Source of the DNA: Acidimicrobiia bacterium
GTDB lineage: Bacteria > Actinomycetota > Acidimicrobiia > Spongiisociales > ZC4RG35
Reading direction: 5' to 3'
NCBI GenBank assembly: GCA_044867525.1
Contig: JBIOVB010000118.1
Location: 22,266 to 86,265 of the forward strand
Length of the DNA stretch: 64,000 bases
Part shown: positions 55,347-64,000 of the stretch, one piece after another
How the letters are laid out: each line of letters begins with the position of its first letter
How positions within the stretch are numbered: position 1 is the first letter of the stretch
Position numbers and translations under genes: made by a program
Notes under the pieces: generated by a model
Database searches by the model: none
What the model was told of the DNA's origin: nothing
Seen by the model: the letters and a program-made list of their open reading frames with translations, nothing else

Positions 55347-56447
55347 TCACCCGTCGACGGCGTCGAGGGCATCGATCGCTGTCGTCCAATGATCCCGATG
55401 CGGATCGATCAGTTCGAAGTGGCCGAATCCCTGGATCACCTTCACCGTGGCCGCTGCCTCCAGTCGGGTGCTGTGCTCCGAAGGCACCAGTGTGTCCTCG
55501 TCGCCGTGAATCAAGAGCGTCGATTCCGGCACGGTTTCGATCGTCTTAGGAGCTCCGGACGCGAGCAGGGTGGCCGCCGGGACGCTTCCCGGTCCGCCCG
55601 AGTCCGAGAGCAGTCCGAGATCGGTCACCGGGGCGAGGCCGACTGTGAGGGCGAGTGGCTCCCGGGCTCGAGTCGCAGCCCAGAGCGCGAGATGACCGCC
55701 GGCCGAATGGCCCATGATCGCCGTTGGCCGGCCCGACGTCTCCGTGATTTGGCCGACCGAGTCGATCGCAGTCACCACATCCTGCGCCGACGCAGGCCAA
55801 CCTCCGCCACCACCGAGACGGCGGTATTCCACGTTCCAGGTGGCCCAGCCCCGTGTCGTCAGGTCGACTGCGAGACTCTCCATGCCGTCGCGTTGGTACT
55901 GGTCGAGCCAGAACCCACCGTGTATCAGCAGCACCATGCCCCTGGAGCTCGACTCGGGGACCCGAAGGTCGCCGACTTGATCTCGATGAGGGCCATAGCG
56001 CAGGGTGTCAACGGGGTGGGCCGCCCTGTTGACGAGATGGCGAATGGCGTCCTCGTAGCCGGCGAGCCCCCGGCCATAGATGGTGCGGGCACATGCCTCC
56101 GAGACCAATGACAGGGCACGCCACGGCTCGCGTGCCCTGACGTTGGAGATGTGCACCTCGACGGTTGGCACCCCGACCGCCGAGATCGCATCGCCGAGGG
56201 CACGGGATGTGTGGGTCAAGGCGCCGGGATTGATGACGATCCCATCATCGGTACGGGCCCCGTGGATCGCCTCGATCAGGTCGCCTTCCTCGTTGGACTG
56301 GATGAAGGCGGTGTCCACGCCCAGGCCCGATGCGAACCCGGAGATGCGGCTCTCGAGCTCGACGAGGCTGGTCGACCCGTAGACCTCGGGCTCCCGAGTG
56401 CCCAACAGGTCGAGATTGGGGCCATTGATCACGGTGATTCGCATCAC
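55347..56447 (-). CDS. aroQ: type II 3-dehydroquinate dehydratase fused to an alpha/beta hydrolase (arylformamidase/esterase-like) domain
   Basis: 366 aa. N-terminal VINGPNLDLLGTREPEVYG...NPGALTHTS...HISNV.AREPWR. C-terminal HGGFW, GHSAGGHLA, GFGHF. Confidence 0.85.
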   Translation of the reverse strand: MMRITVINGPNLDLLGTREPEVYGSTSLVELESRISGFASGLGVDTAFIQSNEEGDLIEAIHGARTDDGIVINPGALTHTSRALGDAISAVGVPTVEVHISNVRAREPWRALSLVSEACARTIYGRGLAGYEDAIRHLVNRAAHPVDTLRYGPHRDQVGDLRVPESSSRGMVLLIHGGFWLDQYQRDGMESLAVDLTTRGWATWNVEYRRLGGGGGWPASAQDVVTAIDSVGQITETSGRPTAIMGHSAGGHLALWAATRAREPLALTVGLAPVTDLGLLSDSGGPGSVPAATLLASGAPKTIETVPESTLLIHGDEDTLVPSEHSTRLEAAATVKVIQGFGHFELIDPHRDHWTTAIDALDAVDG

Positions 56448-57199
56448 GCCACCTGCGGCAGGTGGTCGGGGATCAAGGATCGTGCCTCGGCGACGATGTC
56501 TTCGGGGATCGGGCCCCGTTCGACGTCGAACTCGGCACTCAGCGACTTGATCACCGCCCTGGCGACTTTCGACGTATCGAGCCCGGGGGCGCGGTCGGCT
56601 AGGGCTCCCGAAGTCCGCGGGTCCCAGTCGAGGTGCAACGCCCGATAGATCGGGATCAGGACGTCTCGGATCCGTTCACCGTCGTCGACGACGATCACAC
56701 CGCCGACATGGGCAGCCCCCCTGACCAGGCGTTGACCGACGCCCATCACCTTGACCCGGCTCCCGACGTTTACCGACCACGAGCCGGGGCAGTACTCCCC
56801 GGGGACCTCCCCTATGCGGGCGTCGATGCCGAGCGCCTGGAAAGCGCGGGCCATCACACCGGAGATCGCCTCGAAGCGGTCCCGGATCCCGGATCGGGGG
56901 TTGTCGTCGGTCACCGCCATGGAAAATGCGAGGGTCGTCTCGTGGAAGACCGCAGCCCTACCCCCGGCCAACCTCTCTATCGCACCGAATCCGTGGGCTT
57001 GTGCGGCGCGGACCGCCTGCGGATAGCCGGGCTGGACCCGATCGGCCCTCCCGAAGGCGACAACCGGCCCCGGAACATGGAGCCGGAAGAAACCCTCCAG
57101 CCGCCTTCTGGCAACCGCGGCCAGGGTGGCATGGGACACGGCAACATCCATTGCAGGATGCTCGGTGAACGCTTCGGTCGAAAGGATCAGCTTTTTCAC
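56444..57199 (-). CDS. biotin/lipoate A/B protein ligase family protein (LplA-like)
   Basis: GTG 57199, 251 aa. ...RLAGGRAVFHE..., CPGSWSVN...KVMGVGQR pattern. 4-nt overlap with aroQ. Confidence 0.7.
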   Translation of the reverse strand: MKKLILSTEAFTEHPAMDVAVSHATLAAVARRRLEGFFRLHVPGPVVAFGRADRVQPGYPQAVRAAQAHGFGAIERLAGGRAAVFHETTLAFSMAVTDDNPRSGIRDRFEAISGVMARAFQALGIDARIGEVPGEYCPGSWSVNVGSRVKVMGVGQRLVRGAAHVGGVIVVDDGERIRDVLIPIYRALHLDWDPRTSGALADRAPGLDTSKVARAVIKSLSAEFDVERGPIPEDIVAEARSLIPDHLPQVA

Positions 57200-57315
57200 A
57201 TCCCAGAGGATAAGGAGTCCACTGTTAGCGTTTGATGAACTGCGCCGCCCGGGGAACCCCTGGATGGCCGGCTTCGTTGAGCGGACGAGGGGGCCGACAA
57301 GACCGAGGAGGGTGT

Positions 57316-58077
57316 GTGCCAAAGGCGTTCCGCGCGACCACATTGATCTGTGTCGCAGCGCTCGTCGTCGCCTGCGGCGAAACCCCATTTCAGTCCTTGG
57401 GGCAACGGAGCTCGAACTGGATAGGCGAGCCCACCGTGACCACCACGACGACGATCGCCGTCACCATCCCTGCGGTGATCAACACCCGCACCCTCAAATG
57501 GTTCAACGACACCATCGTCAACAGCGCACCCGCCGACGATCCGGATGCGGTGAAGGACGTGGTGTTCGAGCGACGCTCCGGTGACCTCTTCATCCAGGCC
57601 AGCCGGTTCGAGGTTGCCACCCTGCTCCCCGAGGTGAAGTTCCCGGCTTCGGTGCCCTATCTCTCCGAGTACGTCACCTCCCAACTCGTGTTCGACAACG
57701 ACGGGGAGCTGGGGCGGGACCCGGTCGTCGCCTTCGGCATCTGGTCGTCGGAGCCCTACACCAGGTCCAGGTCTGTGGCCCAGATGGCGGTGCTCAGAGT
57801 GGCGTTCGACCCGGAGGGCTCCGAGGAGGTCCAACAGCCGGAGGCCGATGTCTCTTGTGCACGCTTCAGCGACCGCTCTACAGAGGTTTGCGAGGCATTT
57901 CAAATAGAGGGGCGGCCCGTGTGGACCTTGACGGCGAGCAACGGGACCACTCTGGTCTGGTTCGACGGGTCGTATCGCTACGAGCTGTTCGGACGCTCGT
58001 TCGTTCCTCTCGCCGCACTCCAGCAAATGGCCATCGAGTCATTGCCGCTCGGCGAGCTAGCGCCGCCTCCCGCATAG
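57316..58077 (+). CDS. hypothetical lipoprotein
   Basis: GTG 57316 after GAGGAGG. Lipobox ALVVAC. No family recognised. Confidence 0.55.
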   Translation: MPKAFRATTLICVAALVVACGETPFQSLGQRSSNWIGEPTVTTTTTIAVTIPAVINTRTLKWFNDTIVNSAPADDPDAVKDVVFERRSGDLFIQASRFEVATLLPEVKFPASVPYLSEYVTSQLVFDNDGELGRDPVVAFGIWSSEPYTRSRSVAQMAVLRVAFDPEGSEEVQQPEADVSCARFSDRSTEVCEAFQIEGRPVWTLTASNGTTLVWFDGSYRYELFGRSFVPLAALQQMAIESLPLGELAPPPA

Positions 58078-58138
58078 GCTCGGCCCGACTCGGCAAGGAG
58101 GGCCCGGCATCTTCCACTCAAGTGGCTGGTGGACCTAT

Positions 58139-60001
58139 ATGCGGTACGACGAGGAGCACGATCGCCCCGACATCGATCGCGCCCTTCTCCGCCGCGTCTG
58201 GAGCTACGGCCGTCCTTATCTCCCCAGCCTGATCGGGATCCTGGCCACGATCCTGATCATCTCCGGATTGGGCGTGGTCCCACCCATCCTGATTCGCCAG
58301 TTGCTCGACGAGGCGATTCCCGACAAGGACTTTGGTCAGCTGACCGTGCTCGGGTTGGGGATGGTCCTGGTCCCGCTGATCAGCGCCCTGGTCGGGGTGG
58401 CCCAGCGTTGGTGGTCGTCCCGGGTGGGGGAAGCAATCATCTTCGACCTTCGTCGCCAACTGTTCGCCCACCTGCAGCGGATGTCGTTGCGATTCTTCAC
58501 GGCAACCAAGACCGGCGAGCTGATGAATCGGCTCAACAGTGACGTCGAGGGATCTCAGTCGGCGATCACCGGGACCCTGATGACGATCATCTCCAACGTG
58601 GTCTCGGTTGCCTTCATCCTGGTGGTGATGCTCCTCAACGACCGGCAGCTGACGGTTCTGGCGGTGGCCGTTCTCCCCCTGTTTGTGATCCCGGCCCGGC
58701 GTGTGGCCAAGGTGCTGAGGAGGATGACCCAGCAACTGATGGAGCGGGAGGCCAAGATGTCGGGCACCCTCCAGGAGAGCTTCAACGTCAGTGGCGCCCT
58801 CCTCGTTCGCCTCTTCGGGCGATGGGACGAGATGGCGCACCGTTTTGGCGAGCAAGCGGCCGATGTGCGGGACCTCGAGGTGAGACGGGCCATGGTGGGG
58901 CGTGGGTTCTTCGCCGCTCTGGGCCTGGTGGCGGCGATTGGAACCGCCACCGTGTTCTGGGTAGGGGGCTACCAGGTCATTCAAGGCGACATGACCCTCG
59001 GAGAACTGGTCATGTTCTCTGCCCTGCTCGTCCAGCTCTACGGACCACTGGCGGGGATCTCCAACTCCCGTGTCGAGTTCGCCACTTCCCTGGTCTCGTT
59101 CGAACGGGTCTTCGAAGTCCTCGACCTCGAGATCGACATACCCGACCCGGCGGATCCCGAGCCCATGCTCCCGGCGACAGGTCGGGTCGAGCTGGCGGAT
59201 GTCTTCTTCAAGTACCAGGGTGAGGGGCCAGAGGGCCTGGAGGCGGTCAAGCGCTTCTGGGATCACGATGTCGCTGCCCCACACTCGGCGTCTCCGGCCT
59301 CCACTCGGGAGTGGGCGGTCAGGAACGCCTCATTCGTGGCCGAGCCGGGGACCCTCACCGCCCTGGTTGGGCCCTCCGGAGCCGGCAAGACCACGATCTC
59401 TTATCTCGTCCCCAGGCTCTACGACGTCACCGAAGGCGCCGTGCTCATCGACGGTCATGACGTGCGCAGAGTCGCCCTTCGCGAGCTCGCCGGGACAATT
59501 GGCGTGGTCACCCAGGAGACCTATCTCTTCCACGACACGATCGCGGCCAACCTCCGATACGCGCGACCAGACGCCACCCTCGATGAGCTGGAGAGGGCGT
59601 GCCGGGCCGCCAACATCCATGAGATGATCTCGAAGCTGCCCGACGCCTATGAGACGGTGGTGGGGGAGCGCGGCTACCGCCTGTCGGGCGGCGAGAAGCA
59701 GCGAATCGCCATTGCCCGTGTCCTGCTCGAAGACCCGAGGGTGCTCATCCTCGATGAGGCGACATCCCACCTCGACTCCCGCTCCGAGTCCCTGATCCAG
59801 GAAGCACTCGAGGCGTTGATGGAGGGCCGGACCTCCATCGTCATCGCCCACCGTCTGTCGACGGTGCGAGCCGCCGACCAGATCCTGGTCCTCGACGAGG
59901 GCGAGATCGTGGAGCGGGGGAACCATGCCACGCTGGTCGCTCAGGGCGGTCTCTACGCCTCGCTCTACCGAACCCAATTCGCAGAGCCGGCCTCGGCCTG
60001 A
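58139..60001 (+). CDS. ABC transporter, fused permease/ATPase (type I exporter, MsbA-like)
   Basis: 620 aa. 6-TM domain plus Walker A GPSGAGKTT, signature LSGGEKQR, Walker B ILILDEA. Confidence 0.9.
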   Translation: MRYDEEHDRPDIDRALLRRVWSYGRPYLPSLIGILATILIISGLGVVPPILIRQLLDEAIPDKDFGQLTVLGLGMVLVPLISALVGVAQRWWSSRVGEAIIFDLRRQLFAHLQRMSLRFFTATKTGELMNRLNSDVEGSQSAITGTLMTIISNVVSVAFILVVMLLNDRQLTVLAVAVLPLFVIPARRVAKVLRRMTQQLMEREAKMSGTLQESFNVSGALLVRLFGRWDEMAHRFGEQAADVRDLEVRRAMVGRGFFAALGLVAAIGTATVFWVGGYQVIQGDMTLGELVMFSALLVQLYGPLAGISNSRVEFATSLVSFERVFEVLDLEIDIPDPADPEPMLPATGRVELADVFFKYQGEGPEGLEAVKRFWDHDVAAPHSASPASTREWAVRNASFVAEPGTLTALVGPSGAGKTTISYLVPRLYDVTEGAVLIDGHDVRRVALRELAGTIGVVTQETYLFHDTIAANLRYARPDATLDELERACRAANIHEMISKLPDAYETVVGERGYRLSGGEKQRIAIARVLLEDPRVLILDEATSHLDSRSESLIQEALEALMEGRTSIVIAHRLSTVRAADQILVLDEGEIVERGNHATLVAQGGLYASLYRTQFAEPASA

Positions 60002-60002
60002 C

Positions 60003-60371
60003 TCAGGCTTCCCGGGTCAGATTCTCGACCAGCATCCGCTGGTTGGTTGCCAGGAGGAGCGTCTGCCCGTCGTGGGACAGCCAGAGGTCGGGGCCGACCT
60101 CGAGCCAGACGTGCTTGGGAAGGCAGTCCAGGTTGCGGCGCTTGCGCGCCGAGGGCGGGGCGTAGGCGAGCACCGATGGGGCAGGGGCAGCGAGGGCCTC
60201 GAGATGGCCGATCAGGTCATAGCTGCCAAACAGGTAGGCGATGCCTTCCGCGGGGTCGAGGGAGCCTCGGTCGGATAGCCAATCGACCTGCCCACAATCG
60301 GCACATGCGACCACCGCCACCCGGCCCACCCAGGTCGGGAGGTGCTCGCAGAGAGTCGTTCCGAAGTCCAT
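60003..60371 (-). CDS. hypothetical protein
   Basis: 122-aa ORF with ATG start. No recognised motifs. Confidence 0.45.
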   Translation of the reverse strand: MDFGTTLCEHLPTWVGRVAVVACADCGQVDWLSDRGSLDPAEGIAYLFGSYDLIGHLEALAAPAPSVLAYAPPSARKRRNLDCLPKHVWLEVGPDLWLSHDGQTLLLATNQRMLVENLTREA

Positions 60372-60425
60372 GGGGACAAGGTACGAATCGGGTGTGACAG
60401 ATTCCCGCTTGGGGCGGATACGCCC

Positions 60426-60935
60426 CTACAACTCCAGGATCGGGACTTCCTGGGTGTCCTCGATACGGGTCCCCGGGACCAGGAGCACCGGGAGGTGGGC
60501 GTTGTCCATGACCCGGGCCGAGACGCTTCGCCATGCCTCCTCGGTGAACAGGCGGCGGGTCGCCCCCATGATCACGATCTCCGCCCCGACATCCTCAGCG
60601 GTGTTGATGATTGCCACCGCCGGGTCGTCACCTTCCACGAAGCGGACTTCTGCCGACATGCCCGATGCCTGGAGCGCAGCGACTATCGGCTCCACCGCCC
60701 TCAGACCTCGCTCTTCCAGGTAACGGGCAGCCTTGGCCTCGGCATCCGATGAGTCCATCGTGGCGTCGTCGAGAAAGGAGCGGCGCACGTCGTCGTCCAG
60801 CTCATCGAGAAAGGAACGGGGAACCCGGACGACGGTCATGACAGTGACCTGACCTTCACCGGAGCGGAGCCGGTCGCACAGGTCGGCTACCGGGGCGGAC
60901 GGAAGGACCCCGGTAGTGGCGATCAAGATGCGCAC
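60426..60935 (-). CDS. universal stress protein (UspA family)
   Basis: 169 aa. MRILIATTG... and IVIMGATRR pattern. Confidence 0.78.
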   Translation of the reverse strand: MRILIATTGVLPSAPVADLCDRLRSGEGQVTVMTVVRVPRSFLDELDDDVRRSFLDDATMDSSDAEAKAARYLEERGLRAVEPIVAALQASGMSAEVRFVEGDDPAVAIINTAEDVGAEIVIMGATRRLFTEEAWRSVSARVMDNAHLPVLLVPGTRIEDTQEVPILEL

Positions 60936-60955
60936 CCGGCGGAGATTAGGGTTTC

Positions 60956-61477
60956 GTGCCCGATTGCGTCGCTGCGAGTGTGATGGACTCCGAACTGCTC
61001 AACAAGGTCACCTGGAAGATCCCCAACGCCCTCGCCCTGATCGGGTCGGCTTCTGGTGACGATTGGAATGGGATGACGGCTTCGTGGGTCACCCAGCTTT
61101 CCATGGAGCCGGTGCTCATCGGGGTCGGGATCGACAACAAAGCGGTCACCCACCGTCTCATCACGGAATCCGGGGCGTTCTCGGTCAATCTCTGGTCGCC
61201 CGAGGACACCCGGGTGTTCGTCAAGTTCTCCAAACCGGCCGAGCGTGAAGGAAGCACGCTGAACGGTCGCCCGGTCCATGTCGGGAAGACCGGTGCGCCG
61301 ATCTTCGACGACGCGATCGCATGGATGGACTGCGAAGTTCGCCATTCGATCGATCTCGGGACCCACACTCTCTTCGCCGGCGAAATCGTCGACGCCTGGG
61401 GTGGCGACGAAGAGCGGGCGGCAGCGGTCTCGGACACCAGGATGAAATACGGGGGAGTGAAGAGGGGCGGTCATTGA
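60956..61477 (+). CDS. flavin reductase family protein (FMN-binding split barrel)
   Basis: 173 aa (ATG 60983 is an alternative start). GMTASWVTQLS...HTLFAGEIV pattern. Confidence 0.8.
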   Translation: MPDCVAASVMDSELLNKVTWKIPNALALIGSASGDDWNGMTASWVTQLSMEPVLIGVGIDNKAVTHRLITESGAFSVNLWSPEDTRVFVKFSKPAEREGSTLNGRPVHVGKTGAPIFDDAIAWMDCEVRHSIDLGTHTLFAGEIVDAWGGDEERAAAVSDTRMKYGGVKRGGH

Positions 61478-62253
61478 TGGAGGCGAGTGTCGAGGGCAAG
61501 GTCGGCTTGGTGACGGGTGGCAGCCGCGGCATCGGCCTGGCGACCGCGTTGGAACTGGCGAGGAGCGGAGCCGCCGGCGTGACCATCACCTCCCGCAAGC
61601 AGGAGAACATTGATGCCGCAGCGGAGGAACTGGTTGCAGCCGGGGTCGAGCCGGAGCGTCTTCTTGCGCTGGCCGCGAGGTCCGATTCCGAGGAATCGGC
61701 CGACGACGCCGTCGCCCGTACCGTCGCCCGTTTCGGATCATGTGACATCCTGGTCAACAACGCCGGCACCAACCCCTCGGCCGGTCCGCTGATGGATGTC
61801 GACCTCGGCGCTCTGGACAAGACGTGGGCGGTCAATCTGCGGGCCCCTTTGCTCTGGGTGAGAGCGGCCTACCGCTCCTCTATGGCGGAGAAGGGTGGAT
61901 CGATCGTGAACGTTTCCTCCATCGGGGGTCTCAGGGCGAGCCCGATCACGGGGGCCTACAACATCTCCAAGGCGGGTTTGGTGCACATGACCCGCCAGCT
62001 GGCCTTCGAGCTGGCACCCCGGATCCGGGTCAATGCGGTTGCTCCCGCCGTGGTCAAGACCAGGCTCTCCGAGATGCTGTGGTCGGACGAGCCTGCGGCC
62101 GCCCGGATGCACCCGCTGGGGCGCTTGGGGATGCCCGAGGATGTCGCCAGGGCAATCGTCTTCCTCGCTTCGGATGCCGCGGATTGGATGACCGGGGTGA
62201 TCTTGCCGGTTGACGGGGGTATGACCGAAGCTTCGTCGTCCGGCATAGCCTGA
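61477..62253 (+). CDS. SDR family oxidoreductase
   Basis: ATG 61477 overlaps the previous stop (TGATG). TGGSRGIG, NNAG and YNISK motifs. Confidence 0.88.
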   Translation: MEASVEGKVGLVTGGSRGIGLATALELARSGAAGVTITSRKQENIDAAAEELVAAGVEPERLLALAARSDSEESADDAVARTVARFGSCDILVNNAGTNPSAGPLMDVDLGALDKTWAVNLRAPLLWVRAAYRSSMAEKGGSIVNVSSIGGLRASPITGAYNISKAGLVHMTRQLAFELAPRIRVNAVAPAVVKTRLSEMLWSDEPAAARMHPLGRLGMPEDVARAIVFLASDAADWMTGVILPVDGGMTEASSSGIA

Positions 62254-62261
62254 GCAGCACA

Positions 62262-63401
62262 TTGGCCCACCCCCGCCCCGATCCCGACCTGGCCCTCCGC
62301 TATCTGGCAGGGCAAGAGGACGACCAAGCGCTGTTCCAGGCCGCCCGCGCCTTGCGTGACGAGGGTCATGGCAAGACGATCACCTATAGCCGCAAGGTGT
62401 TCATCCCGCTCACAACGTTGTGTCGCGACCGGTGCACCTACTGCACATTTGCCAAGCCACCAGGCGCCGGTGGCCTCTACCTGGAGCCCGAGGAGGTTCT
62501 GGCAGTCGCCAGAGCAGGCGATGAGGCGGGTTGCACCGAGGCCCTGTTCACGCTCGGGGACCGGCCCGAGGATCGCTGGCCCCAGGCAGCCGCCTTCCTA
62601 GAGGCGAAGGGGCTCGGCTCCACGATCGAATACGTCGCGGCCATGTCAGCTCTGGTCCGTGCCGAAACCTCCCTGTTCCCCCACGCCAACCCGGGCCTGA
62701 TGGGTGACGCGGAGATGCAGTTGCTCCGCCCCACCAACCCTTCGATGGGGCTGATGCTGGAGAACATCTCGCCCCGTCTCATGGAGCCCGGGATGCCCCA
62801 TCACAATTGCCCGGACAAGGATCCGGCCCTCCGGGTGGCCACCATCGAGGCCGCGGGCCGGAACCGGGTGCCGTTCACAACCGGGATCCTGGTCGGGATC
62901 GGAGAGACCCCGGAGGAGATCGTTGCTTCCCTGTTCGCCCTCGCCGACCTGGGGTCGCGGACCGGCGCCATCCAGGAGGTGATCATCCAGAACTTCCGGG
63001 CCAAGTGGGACACCCCGATGCGACGGTCCGCGGAGCCGGTTCCTCGCTGGTTCGCCCGCGTCGTTGCGTTGGCCCGGTGGATCATGGGGGCCGAGGCAAA
63101 TGTGCAAGTGCCCCCCAACCTGACGGATGAGTTCGAGATCTATGTGGACGCCGGGATCAACGACTGGGGCGGAGTCTCCCCGCTGACAATCGATTGGGTC
63201 AACCCCGAGGCCCCGTGGCCGCATCTCGAGGAGTTGAGGGCCCGGACCGAGACCGCAGGACACATGCTCCGTGCCCGGCTACCGGTCTATCCGGAGTACA
63301 TAGACCTGGAATGGATCGATCCCGATCTCCATCAACATATCGTGGCGGCCGCCGACGAGGATGGGCTTGCCCGAATCCCGGACCAGGTTGGAGCGAGATG
63401 A
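62262..63401 (+). CDS. cofG: FO synthase subunit CofG (radical SAM; F420 chromophore synthesis)
   Basis: 379 aa. TITYSRKVFIPLTTLCRDRCTYCTF CxxxCxxC cluster and overall CofG-like sequence. Stand-alone, not an FbiC fusion. Confidence 0.82.
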   Translation: MAHPRPDPDLALRYLAGQEDDQALFQAARALRDEGHGKTITYSRKVFIPLTTLCRDRCTYCTFAKPPGAGGLYLEPEEVLAVARAGDEAGCTEALFTLGDRPEDRWPQAAAFLEAKGLGSTIEYVAAMSALVRAETSLFPHANPGLMGDAEMQLLRPTNPSMGLMLENISPRLMEPGMPHHNCPDKDPALRVATIEAAGRNRVPFTTGILVGIGETPEEIVASLFALADLGSRTGAIQEVIIQNFRAKWDTPMRRSAEPVPRWFARVVALARWIMGAEANVQVPPNLTDEFEIYVDAGINDWGGVSPLTIDWVNPEAPWPHLEELRARTETAGHMLRARLPVYPEYIDLEWIDPDLHQHIVAAADEDGLARIPDQVGAR

Positions 63402-64000
63402 TCATCACATTCTTGAGATTGAGGCCGGCCGAGTCCCTAGCCGAGCCTGCCGCGGCGAGCCGGCGGAGAGAGGGGACCACGACCGTGGAGATCGCGGGCC
63501 CGACAGAGGCCGATCTGGCAGGGGCCGCGGCCGGCGGGGTCCTGGTCACGTCCTCGGAGGTGGGCGGCGCAGAACCAGCGGGTTGGGTGGTTGCTCCGGA
63601 GAGTGCCCTCGCTCTTGCCGGTGCGGGCGTGCCGGGATGGCGGATCACCATTGTTGCCAACGAGGACAAGGAGTCCGTGCTCGACGCCCTGGCACGATCG
63701 CGTGCGACCTTCATCCGAGCGAGCCGGTCCCATGTCGAGGAGGTGGCGTCGCTGGCGGCCCTCCCCGGGATCGAGACCTCGGTCTCCGTATTCGTCGACG
63801 ATGTCGAGCAGGCGATCCGGGCCATCGACCTCGGAGCGACCGACCTTCTGCTGCGCGACTGGGACGTGGAGCGGCTAGGGGACCTGCGCGAAGCCCTCCC
63901 CGGCCATCTTCTCGTCGAGCGCACCGTTTTCCCCCCCGGCCTGGAGGTCGACGAGGCCAGGGAGCGACTACCAACCCCATCCTTCACCACATGGCTTGCT
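63398..64000 (+). CDS. unknown protein, 5' part (open to the window edge), translationally coupled to cofG
   Basis: ATG 63398 overlaps the cofG stop (ATGA). No stop through 64000. G/C-rich third positions. Not listed in the ORF track because it is unterminated. No radical-SAM motif. Confidence 0.5.
   Translation, partial: MIITFLRLRPAESLAEPAAASRRREGTTTVEIAGPTEADLAGAAAGGVLVTSSEVGGAEPAGWVVAPESALALAGAGVPGWRITIVANEDKESVLDALARSRATFIRASRSHVEEVASLAALPGIETSVSVFVDDVEQAIRAIDLGATDLLLRDWDVERLGDLREALPGHLLVERTVFPPGLEVDEARERLPTPSFTTWLA

Noticed and set aside
63199-63990. A 263-aa minus-strand ORF at the right edge of the window.
   Set aside because: It is Ser/Arg/Pro-rich low-complexity sequence. The plus-strand frame coupled to cofG has better codon usage and a more protein-like composition.
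1-64000. Search for tRNA, rRNA, tmRNA, CRISPR repeats, transposases, integrases, toxin-antitoxin pairs or recognisable defence systems.
   Set aside because: Intergenic spacers are short (mostly under 150 nt). They contain no T-loop-like GGTTCGA motifs and no spaced direct repeats. No ORF shows transposase, integrase or defence hallmarks apart from the single DUF222-HNH gene.

Overview
This is a dense, high-G+C window (roughly two-thirds G+C by eye, not computed) of about 66 genes. It looks like core chromosome of an Actinomycetota-type bacterium. The lineage is inferred only from content: an imuA'-imuB/dnaE2 SOS mutasome with TCGAAC-N4-GTTCGA LexA boxes, nrnA/cnpB inside the nusA-infB operon, and F420-related genes (cofG, PPOX-class enzymes).

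Gene content, left to right:
- rseP (3' fragment), ispG and proS.
- A ten-gene, almost gap-free chain: rimP-nusA-infB-DUF503-rbfA-nrnA-truB-ribF-proB-proA.
- rpsO and pnp.
- A DNA-repair neighbourhood: nei/fpg-like, imuA'-imuB, frameshifted azlC plus azlD, and an AlkZ/YcaQ-like protein.
- plsC-like, MTHFS and icmF.
- An MFS transporter with its TetR regulator.
- A complete seven-ORF histidine operon on the minus strand: hisG, hisC-HAD, hisB, hisH, hisF, hisA-hisIE, hisD.
- valS, then a stretch of small accessory-type genes: SatD/DUF3307, DedA, MBL, dodecin, DUF389, PPOX, M15 peptidase.
- dnaE2, a DUF222-HNH gene, an aroQ-hydrolase fusion, an ABC exporter, and cofG.

I found no rRNA, tRNA, CRISPR array, transposase or integrase.

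The strongest candidate for something new is the histidine operon:
- An 18-codon His-rich leader peptide (MTRPFAHAHHHHHPSWVG) with a mutually exclusive terminator/antiterminator lies upstream of hisG.
- A HAD phosphatase domain is fused to HisC and could be the missing histidinol-phosphate phosphatase.
- HisA, HisI and HisE are fused into one protein.

Other points worth a second look:
- An identical 18-bp palindrome containing the 16-bp LexA box lies at imuA' and at dnaE2, 28 kb apart (21 nt identical with flanks). The 16-bp box exactly fills the imuA' promoter spacer.
- PNPase carries an Arg-rich C-terminal tail encoded partly by a 9-nt tandem repeat.
- AroQ is fused to an alpha/beta hydrolase.
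- azlC carries a 1-nt frameshift.
- cofG is followed by an unrecognised, translationally coupled ORF instead of cofH.

All family calls come from motif recognition by eye. No database search was possible.
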